A DNA stretch of 64,000 bases from Eledone cirrhosa (GCA_964016885.1 OZ024743.1:268522001-268586000); one strand, 5' to 3'; counted from the stretch's first letter, positions 39,173-53,558 are shown. Translations and numbers: made by a program. Notes: generated by a model not told the origin, from the letters alone.

Positions 39173-39787
39173 TATATATGAATTTGTCTTCCAACTATTT
39201 AAAATTATAACAATATTTGCTATAAACCAAGGTGCTGCAATTGTAAAGAAAGATAGAAACAAAGCACATCATATTAGACAAGAGAATGTATTCACAGAGT
39301 CGAAGTAAGAAAAACAAAGAATATATAAACATTAATAAAAAGTATTCTTTCCTACGTAAGTCCTATATAGACAGAGACAACACGGAGTAGAATAAATGAG
39401 AAAAAGAAAGAGAAGAGAGAACAAAGAACGCAGGTGGTGTAACATTTAAATACTTATAGATGTGAAATGTCCCCAGCGTGGCTAAGATTATATATAATGA
39501 ATCAAAATAGGTGAGCGGAAGCAACGGAAAAATGGGCAAAGCACTGGACAGTCACTTACCAACCGACGGTTCCTTGTGGTCCTTGAGATTTCAGAGCTAT
39601 AATGTGGGTTCCATTAGATCCAGTACACATGGAATATAACAAATTGAGACAAGACGGGACTATTGGCCTTTCGACTATATATTTATATAAAATAAGATTT
39701 ACTACAAACTATCGTACTGCAACTGGAAAGAAGAGATCAACATATTAGCCAAGAAAAGAAAGTATGCATAGAAAGCGGAGAGAAAAA

Positions 39788-39829
<42 letters not shown>

Positions 39830-39938
39830 TCACATATACGTATGTATATATATATATATATATATGTACATTCATATACACAAAGAAATGAATATACATT
39901 TATATATATATATATATATACATATTTATATTTGAAAA

Positions 39939-40001
<63 letters not shown>

Positions 40002-41395
40002 AAACGTATAAATCGCTACGCTGAATATATTCAGTAAAATGAATGACACCAGCAATAATACGTGTCTATGTGCATGACAGCGCGCATGTGTATGTGTGTT
40101 TTTATCTGTCCGTGTGTGTGTGTGTGTATTCTGTGTGTGGACGTGTGATAGACGAATATGGTGTCGTTTATTTACAAAGATGGCGATATAGTGGGTTCGA
40201 TTGCCTAAATGAAATAAAAGATGAATGAAATAGGAGATGTATTGGCCACCGTCCAGACATCTTCCCATAGCAAACTTATCTTACAGGCTGACGAGGCAAA
40301 ATATCAACATTGATATTGGAGATACTAACAAACATCAATAGAATAAAACAACAGCAACAAAAACAACGTCTCAAACAGAAATAATACACTAAAACAATAG
40401 CATTAATAGCAACAGTAACGACATTGATGACTACGATAACAACAACAACTGTAATGAATACGAATAAATTATGTCTGGGCGTTTGTATGTGTGTGCGCGC
40501 GCACGTGTATACATGTGTGTGTGCTCGTGTGTGCCTGTGTATGTGTATAATGACAATGAAGCTAGCAAAAGTTAAAGCGAAAAATGAGAGTTGATTGCCA
40601 CTCCTATTACTTGGTCACTCAAGCTGCTGGAAATAGCAGCCAAATCTCTCACTATCTCACATTAACTTGCTTAAAACTTGCTAGATTGCTACATAAAAAA
40701 ATTAAATGAGAATCGTGTTCCTTGGATGATTTTTTTAATAGTTTCATCTAACGTTTCTATGCATCTGCTAATGATTTCAAAGCTCTCTGCAGTTTTGAAG
40801 AGTTACTTTAGTCGTTGTGGCTAATTCTTATAGCTGTTATAACATCTAAAGTTATTCCATGAAGTTATTAGCTGAGGATATATGTGTTTGGCAGAATCAT
40901 ATTCAGTAAAACTAATCGAATTCTAAAGTCACCATTCAGTAATGCCTTGCTATCCATGTATGACTTTGATTCTGGCTCATCTTTCAAATGAAGCGATGCC
41001 TTTACTACGTCTTGTCCGTCTTCATAAATAAAAGAAAATCTTGTTAAACTTTGAGACTTAAGTGGCCATCATATTCGTACTGTATTGATTTTGAAGCTTG
41101 CGAATAGTGCAGGTCATTTAGAACTAGCCTCTAGAAAGATGATGAGACGTTGAATAGTTTCTCAGTGATTTTGAAAGTAAACTTCATTATATTTTGGAAA
41201 GCACAGTTTGGTTAATGCATAGTGGACACTTTCTTCGGTAGATGGTATCTGATAGAATCCGATAAAGGACTCATTGATTTCTCCTGCTCTCGTGATTCTC
41301 CAGCCTAATGAGACATGCTGTTGAATTCTAAAGTTTCATCAGCGGTAGTGGAACTTTCTGAACATTTTACATGATTTGCTATACTACTATACTAA

Positions 41396-41610
41396 GGGGT
41401 GGACTGGCAAAATCGGTGGAGCGTCAGACAGCATGCTTAATTACATTGAGTTACGGCCTTTTACCTTCTGAGTTCAAATCTCGACGAGGTTAGATTTGCC
41501 TTTCATCCTTACGGGGTTGATAAAATAAAGCACCAGTAAGTACTGAAATCGATTTAATCGACTTTCGCCGCCCACTTCAAATTGCTGGATTGTGCCTAAG
41601 GAAGAAACAA
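41396..41610 (+). mobile_element. SINE family A (long-tail subfamily)
   Basis: A/B boxes, core, TCGATTTAATCGA insert. Confidence 0.82.
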
Positions 41611-41967
41611 AAATTTGCTATACTACCTAAAACATCATCAACCATAATATAACAACGTTCCTCTAGCATAGTCTGTGAGGTTCACTCTATATGCACATCT
41701 GAACTTACATTGTTTTTTCCTAGCTAAGTAATATCTTTCTATCGATCTCAAAATTATTTTGAAATTTCTCCACTCCTCCAATTTTTTGAAATTCCGAACA
41801 AGCCTTCAAAAGATAGCAAGAGAAATCAAAACATATATAAAAATGTTTCAAACAAGAACCGAAACTCTTTTACGATGTAGTGTAAATGCAAAAATAAGAT
41901 GTTTACATATAAAATGTATGTGATTTTTGCAGCAAAGGTTAAATCCTTCACTATTTCTGTACAGACT

Positions 41968-42001
<34 letters not shown>

Positions 42002-42095
42002 CTTTATATAATAAATGAAGAATTAGAGATAGAAGTTAGGATATCCGTCATCAGTGGTCTACGAGCCATCATAGATATTTCTTCGCATTACAGAC

Positions 42096-42221
<126 letters not shown>

Positions 42222-42315
42222 CGCACATATATATATATGAATGTATGTATAGTATATTTGGCAATATACCGTATGCTTAATTTAAAACATTTTGAAGGCT
42301 ATACGCTATCAGTTT

Positions 42316-42377
<62 letters not shown>

Positions 42378-42379
<2 letters not shown>

Positions 42380-42891
42380 GAAGAGAGAAGAAACATTTAG
42401 ATATAATTAGTAATAAGATGTATCATACCTAAACTGCTTCTAGATTCCTCGACTACGTAGTTTCGTGGCATAATCAAAAACAATACATCATAGAGATATA
42501 GAGCTTTTGCGAGGTCTGCCGACTTATCAAGAGGATACCTCGTTTTACTAGCCTCAATAACACGTCTATATGATGTGAGATAGAATCCCAAAGGCGGAGG
42601 GGGAGTCAGTCACGTGATACAACGGTCAAGAAACAGAGCTAAGCCCCTTATAACCCCGAAAAAAAATACCACGGAGGTGGAGGGGGTATTTATATCGAAA
42701 ACGTAGAAGAGGTGGTTAAGGGGGCGAGAAGTATGAGTAATGGCAGCTTTCCAGCAGTCACTACACTTCAAAGATTACTCGACCATTACTCATACTGATC
42801 GCCACCTTAACCACCTCTTCTACGGCTTCGATATAAATACCCCCTCCACCTCCGTGGTATTTTTTTTCGGGGTTATAAGGGGCTTAGCTCT
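42378..42891 (-). mobile_element. pLTR-like module with inverted arms 42635-42743/42783-42891
   Basis: ~109-bp arms; HHR downstream on the minus strand; (TA)n at its 3' end. Confidence 0.78.
42446..42535 (-). ncRNA. Type-I hammerhead ribozyme, U3-A8 core
   Basis: UCCUC-UUGAUAA-GU(C)GGCA/UGCCAC-GAAA-CUACGUAG-UC|GAGGA. Confidence 0.78.
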
Positions 42892-43639
42892 TCTACGTGG
42901 CAGTGCACTGTGTACATATTGTATTAAAAGCATCAGATGAATTTCAGTCCCTGGCACCCATTCCGACCAGAGAAATCGGATCACAGCCCTTCCTTCTCCT
43001 TGATCACATTGTTGGCGGAGCGTTTTCGTTTACAGTGTAACAGAAATAAGAAAACTGGCGCGATCAAACTCAAAATTCGATCAGGTGACCATGATAGTCC
43101 TAACTAAATACTGTATGAGTAGAATGTAGTGTGACAAACCTAAAGATATGTTATGACGAGGGTGCGGATACCCTCTAATATATACTGTAAATGTGAGACT
43201 CCCATGGTTTAATCAGCAGCAAGCAGTAAGAGTTAACGATCAATATGGCATTATAAATATTTTATAATTTAATATACAACAGAATAATCAACAGAATATC
43301 CCGGGATATATTTTTTTATAACGGGGCGTTGCTGATGCCACCATAAACACCATACTGTCTTTCTCACCCTCTCCTTCTCTTTCACTCACTCTGACACACA
43401 CTCAAAGACTAAACATCGCCTTTCCATTAAGACTGGTTACAACGTGGGATTGAAAATATTTTGTCGTTGTTCATACTCCCTCACATGCAAACACATTCGT
43501 ATCATCCTTAAATAGCGTGACTGATGTTTTACACGAAACATACACCAGCTTTGATATGAAATATATACGAATTAATTATTCTTATATAAAATGGTTAATA
43601 CAATTCTTACGGTATAAAATGGTAGCCGCTTCCTCTAGT

Positions 43640-43765
43640 CATGGTTGGTGTCCTATACAGTAGATATATTTTATTTGTAAACCGTGAGGTTATAAGTTCG
43701 ATTCCCAGACCGGGCGATGCGTTATGTCCTTGAGCAAAACACATTATTTTATGTTGCTCCTTCTA
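43640..43765 (+). mobile_element. 5' fragment of a second tRNA-derived SINE family
   Basis: AGTTCGATTCCC B-box followed by GTCCTTGAGCAAAACAC; related fragments near 45160-45270 and 60040-60220. Confidence 0.55.
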
Positions 43766-43902
43766 CCTGGAGTTGCGACCGATAGATAGTATTAGATAGA
43801 TAGTATTAGCAATTGGAAAGACCAATGGAAACATTGTTTCCTCGGTCCGATTTGACGAAAGTTAATCGACTGTCGATACATACATACACACATATTATAA
43901 AT

Positions 43903-43983
<81 letters not shown>

Positions 43984-44250
43984 TTATATATATATATATA
44001 AATGTATGTGTGTGTGTGTTTGTGTATGCCTATGTTTATATGTGTGTATACATGTATGTACGGCTATTATATATGTATATACATTTTTATAGACATATAA
44101 TTACACATACATATAGCAGCAGATAGATGGGATAGGAATCGGATTTGATGGCCGAATTAATCCTCTTAACATAAGACTTTACAACAACATTTTACATCGT
44201 ATGTTTGTCGTCACAGCTGCTTCTTGAAAGTCCGTGGGAAGACGACCAAT

Positions 44251-44555
<305 letters not shown>

Positions 44556-45911
44556 TTGATAGGAGAAGGAAATCAGAGGTGAGTGTGTGGTGGGAATTGA
44601 GGAGGGTGTGGCAGGGGAAGAAGAGCATATGATATTAGTAATATTAACAAAAAGAAGAAGAAGAAGAAGACCAACAACAACAACAACAACGACGACGACG
44701 ACGACGACGACAACGACGACAACAAAAATAACAACAACAGCAATAAGGCTATAGTGTGTCGTTGGTAAAATTGATTCTGATCATGACGAAATTGTGAAGT
44801 AAGAAAATGAGGCAAAATGAAGGAAAATGAGATAGGTGATATGATAGGATGAAGAAAATAGACATCAAATGGAACATAGAATAACGTCAGTTTGTGGTTG
44901 GGCAGGATAATTTTCAGGAATAAATATGTATATAGGGCAAAAAAGAAATTCAACGTGTGAGAAGAATCAAAAGGTTTAGATGGGATAAAGATACAATGTC
45001 GGAATTGGAAGTATTTACCGCAATTGAAGATTACTGGTAGGTGGAGAAATTAAAATATTAATATCAAAATTGATTCATTTCGTTTTAAATTTTATTTTAT
45101 TTTCTTCGATAAATCCACTATACTCAGCTGAAAATAAGTACAAGCGATAGCTAGGGGTTTAAACCTGCGATAGACTTGCGTCCTGTCCAGGGGGAGTTTT
45201 TACTCTAAGTCGCTTCACGCCACGGAATAAGGGGATGAGTACAGGTCTAACGGGCCTTCTGGCTCAATACAGACTTTAGACTGTAGACTCTTCGACAAAT
45301 AGTTTGAGTAAAAGATAGAGAGATAAACATGGTAGGCGTGGAAATAATGAGATGAAAAGGAAAGACAAGAACAAAAATAAGAAGAGAATATCTTTTTATT
45401 AACTACATAACTGTATTTTCAACAGTGTGAGTGTGTGTCCGTGAAACATTTCGCCGCCATTTTTTAACCTTCTTTGTCTCGATTTTTGCCTCTCCTCTAT
45501 TTATCTATCACTGTCTTGCTCCTCCTCTTTCAGTCTGTCACTCCTTTTCTCTCCTTAGTTACTACCAGAACTTTAGACACACAACCATCGTACGTAAGCG
45601 GTACATAAAGTCTCACCCGAAACTACCCAGCACATATATCAACACCCCCAATACAAGAATCTTTGAAAAGCTATCCATAGCTGAAACAGGTCAATAGAAA
45701 AGCAAATTCGATAACCACGAATATTTCTACAAAATCCCTTTAAAAATCATATCTTTTTTTAATATTACCTAATTTTTTCTGCATATGTACGTATATGTAT
45801 TAAAAAACATTAAATGCATCTTTAACTCACAACTATAGTTCCTAGAGTGTAATTTGTATAGAATTCTTTAATTTTCTAACTTTTCATTTTCCGCTATATA
45901 TATTTATAGAT

Positions 45912-45942
<31 letters not shown>

Positions 45943-46486
45943 GGTAATCAATTCAGAACGAATACCAACGTCATTATTCAGTTTAATCATTCATTTCTAC
46001 GTCCGTTTCAATAAGGATGTATTGTAAAATGCTCAAATTAACGCGCTCTTCCTTAACTACGAAAGCCACCTTCTTTCATTTTCCTTACATTCTTTCGCTT
46101 TTTGAAGAAGGTTTACATGTTGTTTAACATAATGGGACTAAGAAACTTAGTTAATTGATCTATATTTCCTGTTGTTATCAGGAGAGGTTTTTTGTGCCAT
46201 ATTGATAATTCCTTTTATTGAAACGAGCGTAGAAATATATGGTTTTAAATGAGTAATGACTTTGTTATTCCTTCTGAAAATATTATTTATGTTCTGTGGC
46301 TGTTGTCATCATCAGATATTACCCTGATTTTGAGTCTTGCAAGGTTTGATCTGAATAATGCATTGAGGTTAACACACTTTGATAAAATACTAGTGGATTT
46401 TCCACTTTCAATTACTCTAATACACGCACACACACACATATATATAGATCTATAGATATACATACATATATATATGTGTATTTATG

Positions 46487-46517
<31 letters not shown>

Positions 46518-46571
46518 GTATATATATATATATACACACCCATATATGCATATATATATATATATACACCC

Positions 46572-46615
<44 letters not shown>

Positions 46616-46617
46616 CC

Positions 46618-46685
<68 letters not shown>

Positions 46686-46688
46686 GTG

Positions 46689-46731
<43 letters not shown>

Positions 46732-47053
46732 TATATGTGTGTGTGTATGTGTGTGTGTGTGTGTACGTATATATATAGATGCCTCTGAATCTGTGAGCGT
46801 ATGTGAAACTATCAAGGTAATAGATATAATTAAATAACAAACAATAATCAATAAGGAATTTGTGTTGTCATATAACTAAGATAAATGGATATTTTTACGC
46901 CCTTGTGTTACGATAAAAACAGATAACTTATACGATAAAATACGTATTTATAAGACCCCTATGCTGGGCATATATTACTTCCACTCGTTTACATGCCAGC
47001 GTGAGGTAGAAAATTAAATTAAAGAAACGATGTTTAAAAATCTTTCTCTCCCG

Positions 47054-47092
<39 letters not shown>

Positions 47093-47753
47093 AACAAACA
47101 TAAATTATCGAGATTCGCATTTCGGCCCACGAAATAACGAAAAACAACCTCCGAGATGTGCGGCAAGTGCTCAACGATTCCGATGAACCAGAGCTATAAC
47201 AAACGTTAAAGGCCAAACACACTGAGACGATGGTTAAACAATCATTCGTATAGCCAAAAAAAAAAAACGATCAAGTAATTCGGGTATTGAAAATTTACCC
47301 GGACCCCTGGAAGGTTGGTAAAATCCAGTATATGGGTTTCTGCGGCTCCTAAATCAAGTACCGTCCGCCTACATAAATAATGTCAGGCTTCTGGTAAGAT
47401 GATTGAACAAGGAAGCCACTTTCTCAACAGGTTTTAGTTCAATGTTAATACAAGGACTGACCATTGCCGACCTCACGTGGTGATCGGCAAGGGAGGCAAC
47501 CCCTATATCAGGCGAATGAATTCAGTTGTGTATATTTTTCCAAGAATGCAAAAACATCACAAATCAAATAGAGTTCTCAACAGAGGGGTTAAAATTAACA
47601 TAAGCTATTCATCAGTCAATAGAATCAACTAAAAAATCAAGAAAATTAACTGGTCAATAGCTAGAGTCTGGAGAATAATGCAAACAAAAAGTATCGAGAT
47701 TCGCATTTCGGCCCACGAAATAACGAAAAACAACCTATATATATATATATATA

Positions 47754-47832
47754 TACATGGTCTCCCCCAAAAAATCTATGCACACGTCAACAGCATTATA
47801 ATAAAATTGTGTATACATTTCTTTAGGACAAC

Positions 47833-47837
<5 letters not shown>
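47754..47837. mobile_element. Tiny Tc1/mariner-type MITE
   Basis: Imperfect TIRs TACATGGTCTCCCCCAAAAAATCTATGCAC / GTGTATACATTTCTTTAGGACAACCTGTA within (TA)n. Confidence 0.55.
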
Positions 47838-47880
<43 letters not shown>

Positions 47881-47949
47881 AAAAAGAGATGAAATCGAAA
47901 ATGCAACTGGAGTCTTATTTTTTTTTTAAATATATATATTTATTTGGTT

Positions 47950-47987
47950 CCTTTACCGGTTTCGCAGTTCTTCTGCTTTTCAAAAGG
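47950..47987 (-). ncRNA. Minimal hammerhead, U3-A8 (mirror copy)
   Basis: Reverse complement of 49027-49064. Confidence 0.78.
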
Positions 47988-49026
47988 TGAGTTGAGATGG
48001 AGGGTCTGTGGTTTTTCTCACATCTGGTTGGTCTCTGAATGTTACTTGTTTTATATGGAAAAAGTGGCTCGAAAATGCCAGGTTTTTCGAGAAGCAATTT
48101 GATTGGTTTGTCAATAATTATAATAAATTTCGCGCCACAATAGTTCTTCAAATAAGAGGGGGGGTTTGTCACAGGTTGTTTTTTCATATATGAGTGTTTG
48201 AATTTCTTTTTACTTGAAAAAAGGAGGCTCACGAAGGCTTTTCTTTGGTTGGTTATAAATGAAATTATGGCTGTCACGTGAACAAATTTTCATTAAATTT
48301 TTGTGCCCTTATTTGGAAATCCATTCTGTAGCCTTTTTAGAGAATTTTTTGATAAGTGAAAGATAATGGTCAAGAGAAAGGGATGGGAGAATTGTTCTGG
48401 TTCAGTGAATATGGTTAGTTCGCTGGGGTGTCAGAATTCAGATTTTCTATTGAATAATGAAAGTAAAGATATGTGTGTTTATTTGTGTGCTTGTGTGTGT
48501 GTGTGTGCGTGCGTGCGTGTGTGTGTTTGAATTTCTTTACTTTAAAAAAAGGTAGCTCACGAAGGCTTTTTTTTTAAAAGCCTTCGTGAGCCACCACTGA
48601 ACCAGAACAATTCTCCCATCCCTTTCTCTTGACCATTATCTTTCACTTATCAAAAAATTCTCTAAAAAGGCTACAGAATGGATTTCCAAATAAGGGCACA
48701 AAAATTTAATGAAAATTTGTTCACGTGACAGCCATAATTTCATTTATAACCAACCAAAGAAAAGCCTTTGTGAGCCTCCTTTTTTCAAGTAAAAAGAAAT
48801 TCAAACACTCATATATGAAAAAACAACCTGTGACAAACCCCCCCCCTCTTATTTGAAGAACTATTGTAACGCGAACTGGCGCGAAATTTATTATAATTAT
48901 TGACAAACCAATCAAATTACTTCTCGAAAAACCTGGCATTTTCGAGCCACTTTTTCCATATAAAACAAGTAACATTCAGAGACCAACCAGATGTGAGAAA
49001 AACCACAGACCCTCCATCTCAACTCA

Positions 49027-49064
49027 CCTTTTGAAAAGCAGAAGAACTGCGAAACCGGTAAAGG
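49027..49064 (+). ncRNA. Minimal type-I hammerhead, U3-A8 core
   Basis: CCUU-UUGAAAA-GCAG/CUGC-GAAA-CCGG-UA|AAGG. Confidence 0.82.
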
Positions 49065-49195
49065 AACCAAATAAATATATATATTTTTAAAAAAAATAAG
49101 ACTCCAGTTGCATTTTCGATTTCATCTCTTTTTCTTTATACTTTCACTCGTGTAGGAAACCTCGGTTATTTTTCATTTTGTAAAAAAAACCTCAC

Positions 49196-49269
<74 letters not shown>

Positions 49270-49462
49270 GGTGTTGAATTCTTAAAGCGTTCGTATGCGG
49301 TAGGCCGTATGAGTATTTGATGCTCACATAGAGCAGAGTATGATATCACAGAATAAAAGAGAATCAGTGTTGCGACGTATGGAATTTATTGGACATATTA
49401 CAATTGTTTCTCTGGTCGCCAGAGAAACGATTTAATATGTCCAATAAATTCTCTTTCTTTTT

Positions 49463-49514
<52 letters not shown>

Positions 49515-49880
49515 CATAAACACACATATACATTATATGTGTTCAATAGAAATTGTTTTGGTAAAAATAGGAGCAAGCAGGAGAAAGCGCTCTACATTCG
49601 TAGTTTGTAGTTACGATGGAGATTCAGTATAAAAATAACATTAAGAAAGATGCTGATGTTACATAAATATTTTATTCATAATAATTATTTCAACGGTTCT
49701 CTTATGCAATCTAAGATGTAATTCATGCATTTGTTGTTGTTATGAGAACGGTATCCTCAGATATAAAACCGATTTTGTGATATACCGCAGGCAAAAAACA
49801 CATCCTTCTGTTATTGCGCACACGATCTATGTAACATCACCATCTTTCTTAATGTTATTCTTATATATATATATATAGGC

Positions 49881-49940
<60 letters not shown>

Positions 49941-50282
49941 GCTTGTATATACAGGCTTGTATATATAAACAAAAACATACAGATACGAAGATACTCTCAT
50001 GACATACTTATGCACACACACCAGATAGGGTCAACAGAACAAAGATCACTCACACATACACATTCGTAAACTCGCCACCTAAGGAAAACGACAACCACAG
50101 GTAAGTGATATAAATACTCCTGTTGTGCGGAGAATTATTTTTACAGATTAATTAATTCATTATTATTAAGTAATTTGGTGTTCATTTAACAAAACTGACC
50201 AACAACGAATGCATTTGATACTATTATCATTGCTATCGGCTTAAAACACGAACACTCATAGAAACGCACGGCCAACAGTATG

Positions 50283-50643
50283 TACTCTCGGGTCCCAAAT
50301 AATAGGAGAGGTTGGAATAACCGGGGGATGGGGTTGTACATTTGCTTACATTCTTAAAAGCGGGGGGAGAGGAACAAATAAACGAAGCGCGGGGAATCGG
50401 TAATTATATAGTGTACGTTCGTAAATATGGGATTTCTTGTTATGTTCTTTTTTTGCCATATATAATCTTTTTTTTTAATGTTAAAAAAAATTATTATTAG
50501 ATTCTCCAGCTACTGTAGAGAATAAATCACTTACAATAACATTTCGCGGGGGATAGATTAGCAAAATTTAATAAGCAGTGGGAAGGGGGTGGTGTGAAAA
50601 AGTTAATAAGTGGGTGGAGATGTCTATTCAAGACCAGAGAATA
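50283..50643. mobile_element. Possible MITE
   Basis: Imperfect TIRs TACTCTCGGGTCCCAAATA / TATTCAAGACCAGAGAATA. Confidence 0.45.
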
Positions 50644-50864
50644 CTTTTTATTAAACGTAATTTCCATTCATTCAACTACTTAAGATTCATACGACATATG
50701 GATAAAAAAAAAGGTGCTTATTATTTTTAATGAGGTAGTGTTAAACACGGCAGTAATAATACCAGAAAATGAACGTTACTTAATTTAAGAATATTTACAG
50801 CAGATATTTATTTTTTAATAGAAGCCGTTTATGCATATTACAAATCAAATATATTATAATGATA

Positions 50865-51660
50865 TCTGATTTAGGCACAAGGCCGACATTTTGAGGAGAG
50901 GAAAAGTCGATTAAATCGAACCAGTGCGTGACTGGTACTTTATTTTATGAACCTCGTAAGGATGAAAAATAAAGCGATCCTCGGTGGGATTTGAACTCAT
51001 AATGTAAAAGGCCGTTACTCTATGCCACAAAGCTTATTGTCTGACGCCCTACCGATACTGCCAATCCACCGCCCTTAAGTATACTATAATATAATTGACT
51101 CTACTTTTGGCACAAGGCCAGCAATTATCCCAGTGCATTACTGGTACTTTATTTTATCGATCCCGTAAGGATGAATGGCAACGTTAACCTCGGCGGGATT
51201 TGAACTCAAACCCTTAAGGCGAAGTAACACTATGCTGGAAAGCATGGTGCCTGACCCTCTACCGATACTGCCAATGATATAATGATTTTTAGTATAGGCA
51301 CATGGCCAGTAATTTGGGGGAGGGGAAAGTCGATTAAATGGACCCCAGTACATTACTGGTGCTTTATTTTATCGACCCCGTAAGGATGAAACGGCGGGAT
51401 TTGAACTCAGACCGTAAAGGGCCATACATCAAAGCTGGAAAGCATGGTGCCTGAACCTCTACCGATACTGCCAATAATATAATTGTTTCTACTTTTGGCA
51501 CAAGGCCAGCAATTATCCCAGTGTATTACTGGTACTTTATTTTATCGACCCCGTAAGGATCAAAGGCAAAGTTAACCTCGGTGGGATTTGAACTCAGACC
51601 GTAAAGGGCTGCAAAGCATGGCGTCCGACCCTCTACCGATACTGCCAATCCACCGCCCTT
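50865..51660 (-). mobile_element. Cluster of four tandem SINE family A copies
   Basis: Copies at ~50865-51076, 51093-51274, 51281-51473, 51482-51660. Confidence 0.9.
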
Positions 51661-52063
51661 CTGCCATCAACATACCATCAGCTCTAGCAGACATTGAACC
51701 TATATCAGACCACATGGATTTATTTCGTTTTGTTTTTGCAAATATATCCAAATAATTTATTTTATTTCCTAGGTTGATACCTGTTTCTATAAGTTTTCTA
51801 TTTGATTTATACCAAACCTCTCATAAATACTGGCCTTTCGTGATATTTTTTGAAAGCCATGTCGTACGCTTCGAGTCATTTTCACCCTGAACACAGACCT
51901 GCCAACCTCTAAACTCCCTAACGGGGAGTAACGTGAAAAAATGTACCCCAAACCGGGACGAAATGGGGCAAAATGGGGAGATTTTACATAATGGAAGCTA
52001 TACCCATTTTCACAAGAGAAGAGATCTCTCACCCATTCCAAAGTGGGAAATCTCCCCTTTAGT

Positions 52064-52107
<44 letters not shown>

Positions 52108-52557
52108 TATATGCGTGTGTGTGTGTATGTATGTATATATACTGTGGGAGGTTCCTTGGATTTTCAGAAAGTGTACGTTGAAATACATCTCTCAAAAGGA
52201 AACTGCTATGAGATTTTTCATGGTAGTCACATCAATTTGAAAACGGCATTTACACATACGGTCGATCAAAATGTCAACGGTGGCCCTTCTTCTTCGAAAA
52301 CTATATCGCTCTATCGTTTGGGTACATTTTGCAACGTCCCTGGCCAACGACGGTTAGAATAATATGTTAAAAGAAAAATACAAGTACATGGTGAGCAACA
52401 GTTACCGAGAAAGCGAAATGGGCCGCCAGGACTTCAAAGTTTTATTTAAGCTCATAAACTTTAACAATACTAATTCGCCTTTCTGACATGATGCGTTCTC
52501 ATTTATCAGTAAGAAGAGATCTTAACATGGCATAATAAATAGAACTTAATGACTTTG

Positions 52558-52611
<54 letters not shown>

Positions 52612-52616
<5 letters not shown>

Positions 52617-52919
52617 AACCAGTAAGACCCCGACAGCTGAGCTCAAGCCGTTTCGACGGCTAATTCTGGACTAAATGAAAATTTATCCTGGTATTTAAAT
52701 AGCCGATCTTCTCAAGGGGTAATTCCAGGAATTACCCCTTGAGAAGATCGGCTATTTAAATACCAGGATAAATTTTCATTTAGTCCAGAATTAGCCGTCG
52801 AAACGGCTTGAGCTCAGCTGTCGGGGTCTTACTGGTTCCTATTACCCACTCTACTACCTCAAGTATTGAGTACTTTGGTGCGTTATGGTCCACCTGGTTC
52901 CTTACCACATTTCCTTCGT

Positions 52920-52920
<1 letters not shown>
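52612..52920. mobile_element. Perfect 231-bp palindrome (52612-52842) of an HHR module plus unmirrored tail
   Basis: Arms are exact reverse complements around one base (52727); flanked by (TA)n. Confidence 0.92.
52734..52827 (+). ncRNA. Type-I hammerhead, U3-A8 core (mirror copy at 52627-52720 on minus)
   Basis: ACCCC-UUGAGAA-GA(U)CGGCUA/UAGCCGUC-GAAA-CGGCUUGAGCUCAGCUG-UC|GGGGU. Confidence 0.8.
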
Positions 52921-52951
<31 letters not shown>

Positions 52952-53394
52952 GAGAGAGAGAAAGAGAGTTTAATATCAAATATGAAATTAAAATAAATTT
53001 TACTTAATGGTCTTAAATTAAGTGACGTAAATGTTTAAGGTTTTTAATAAGCTAACAATTCGTGCATTATGCCAATTAATATACTTGCTTGTAAACGATC
53101 GTTTCATATATACGTTGAATCGTAGGTGGTTTGAACTCCAGTGTATATATATAAACGTGTGTGTGAGTGTATGAGCGTGTGTGTGTGTGTGTATGTCAGT
53201 GTACATGTGCATTTGTGTATGTACCTGTACGTTGGTGTGTGTCTCCACGTGTGTATGTATGCCTATGAGAGAGATATATGCCGGCCTGTCAGGCATATCT
53301 GTCGTTGTACGTAAAAGAAGAGTATGATTTGCTGACCCCTGCCATCGTACCATCTACAAGGCTGTGTCGCCATTAGTGCTTTGGAAACCACAAG

Positions 53395-53558
53395 CAGTCA
53401 CTAATAACAGGGAGCGCAAGCTCTGCTACCCCAATGTCATCTCCAGAGATTCTGGTATTGAAATCTAGGACTTGGCAACGGCATGAACGACAGACCCACG
53501 TGGAGACCAATTGTTGTGTCCATTTCGGCTGAGGCCGCCGGATGATGATGATGATGAT
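53395..53558 (+). pseudogene. Short RTE-type 3' end with (GAT)n tail
   Basis: ISRDSGIEI*DLATA..DRPTWRPIV-like C-terminus, similar to 8730-8830. Confidence 0.55.

Larger units (their letters stand above)
47874..49200. mobile_element. Large inverted pLTR pair (arms 47874-48407 / 48595-49140) plus tail
   Basis: ~540-bp near-identical arms; shares AAAAAGTGGCTC, GATTGGT, GCGCCA and the HHR type with the Penelope pLTR. Confidence 0.9.

Noticed and set aside
40740-41360. Possible decayed coding fragment on the minus strand (LLNGDF-like)
   Set aside because: Too many stops to assign to any family
49632-49860. Short ~35-bp inverted arms, possibly another pLTR fold-back
   Set aside because: Arms are short and diverged and no ribozyme core was found
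50865-51660. CRISPR-like repeat array
   Set aside because: Units are ~190-bp SINE copies; eukaryotic context, no spacers or cas genes
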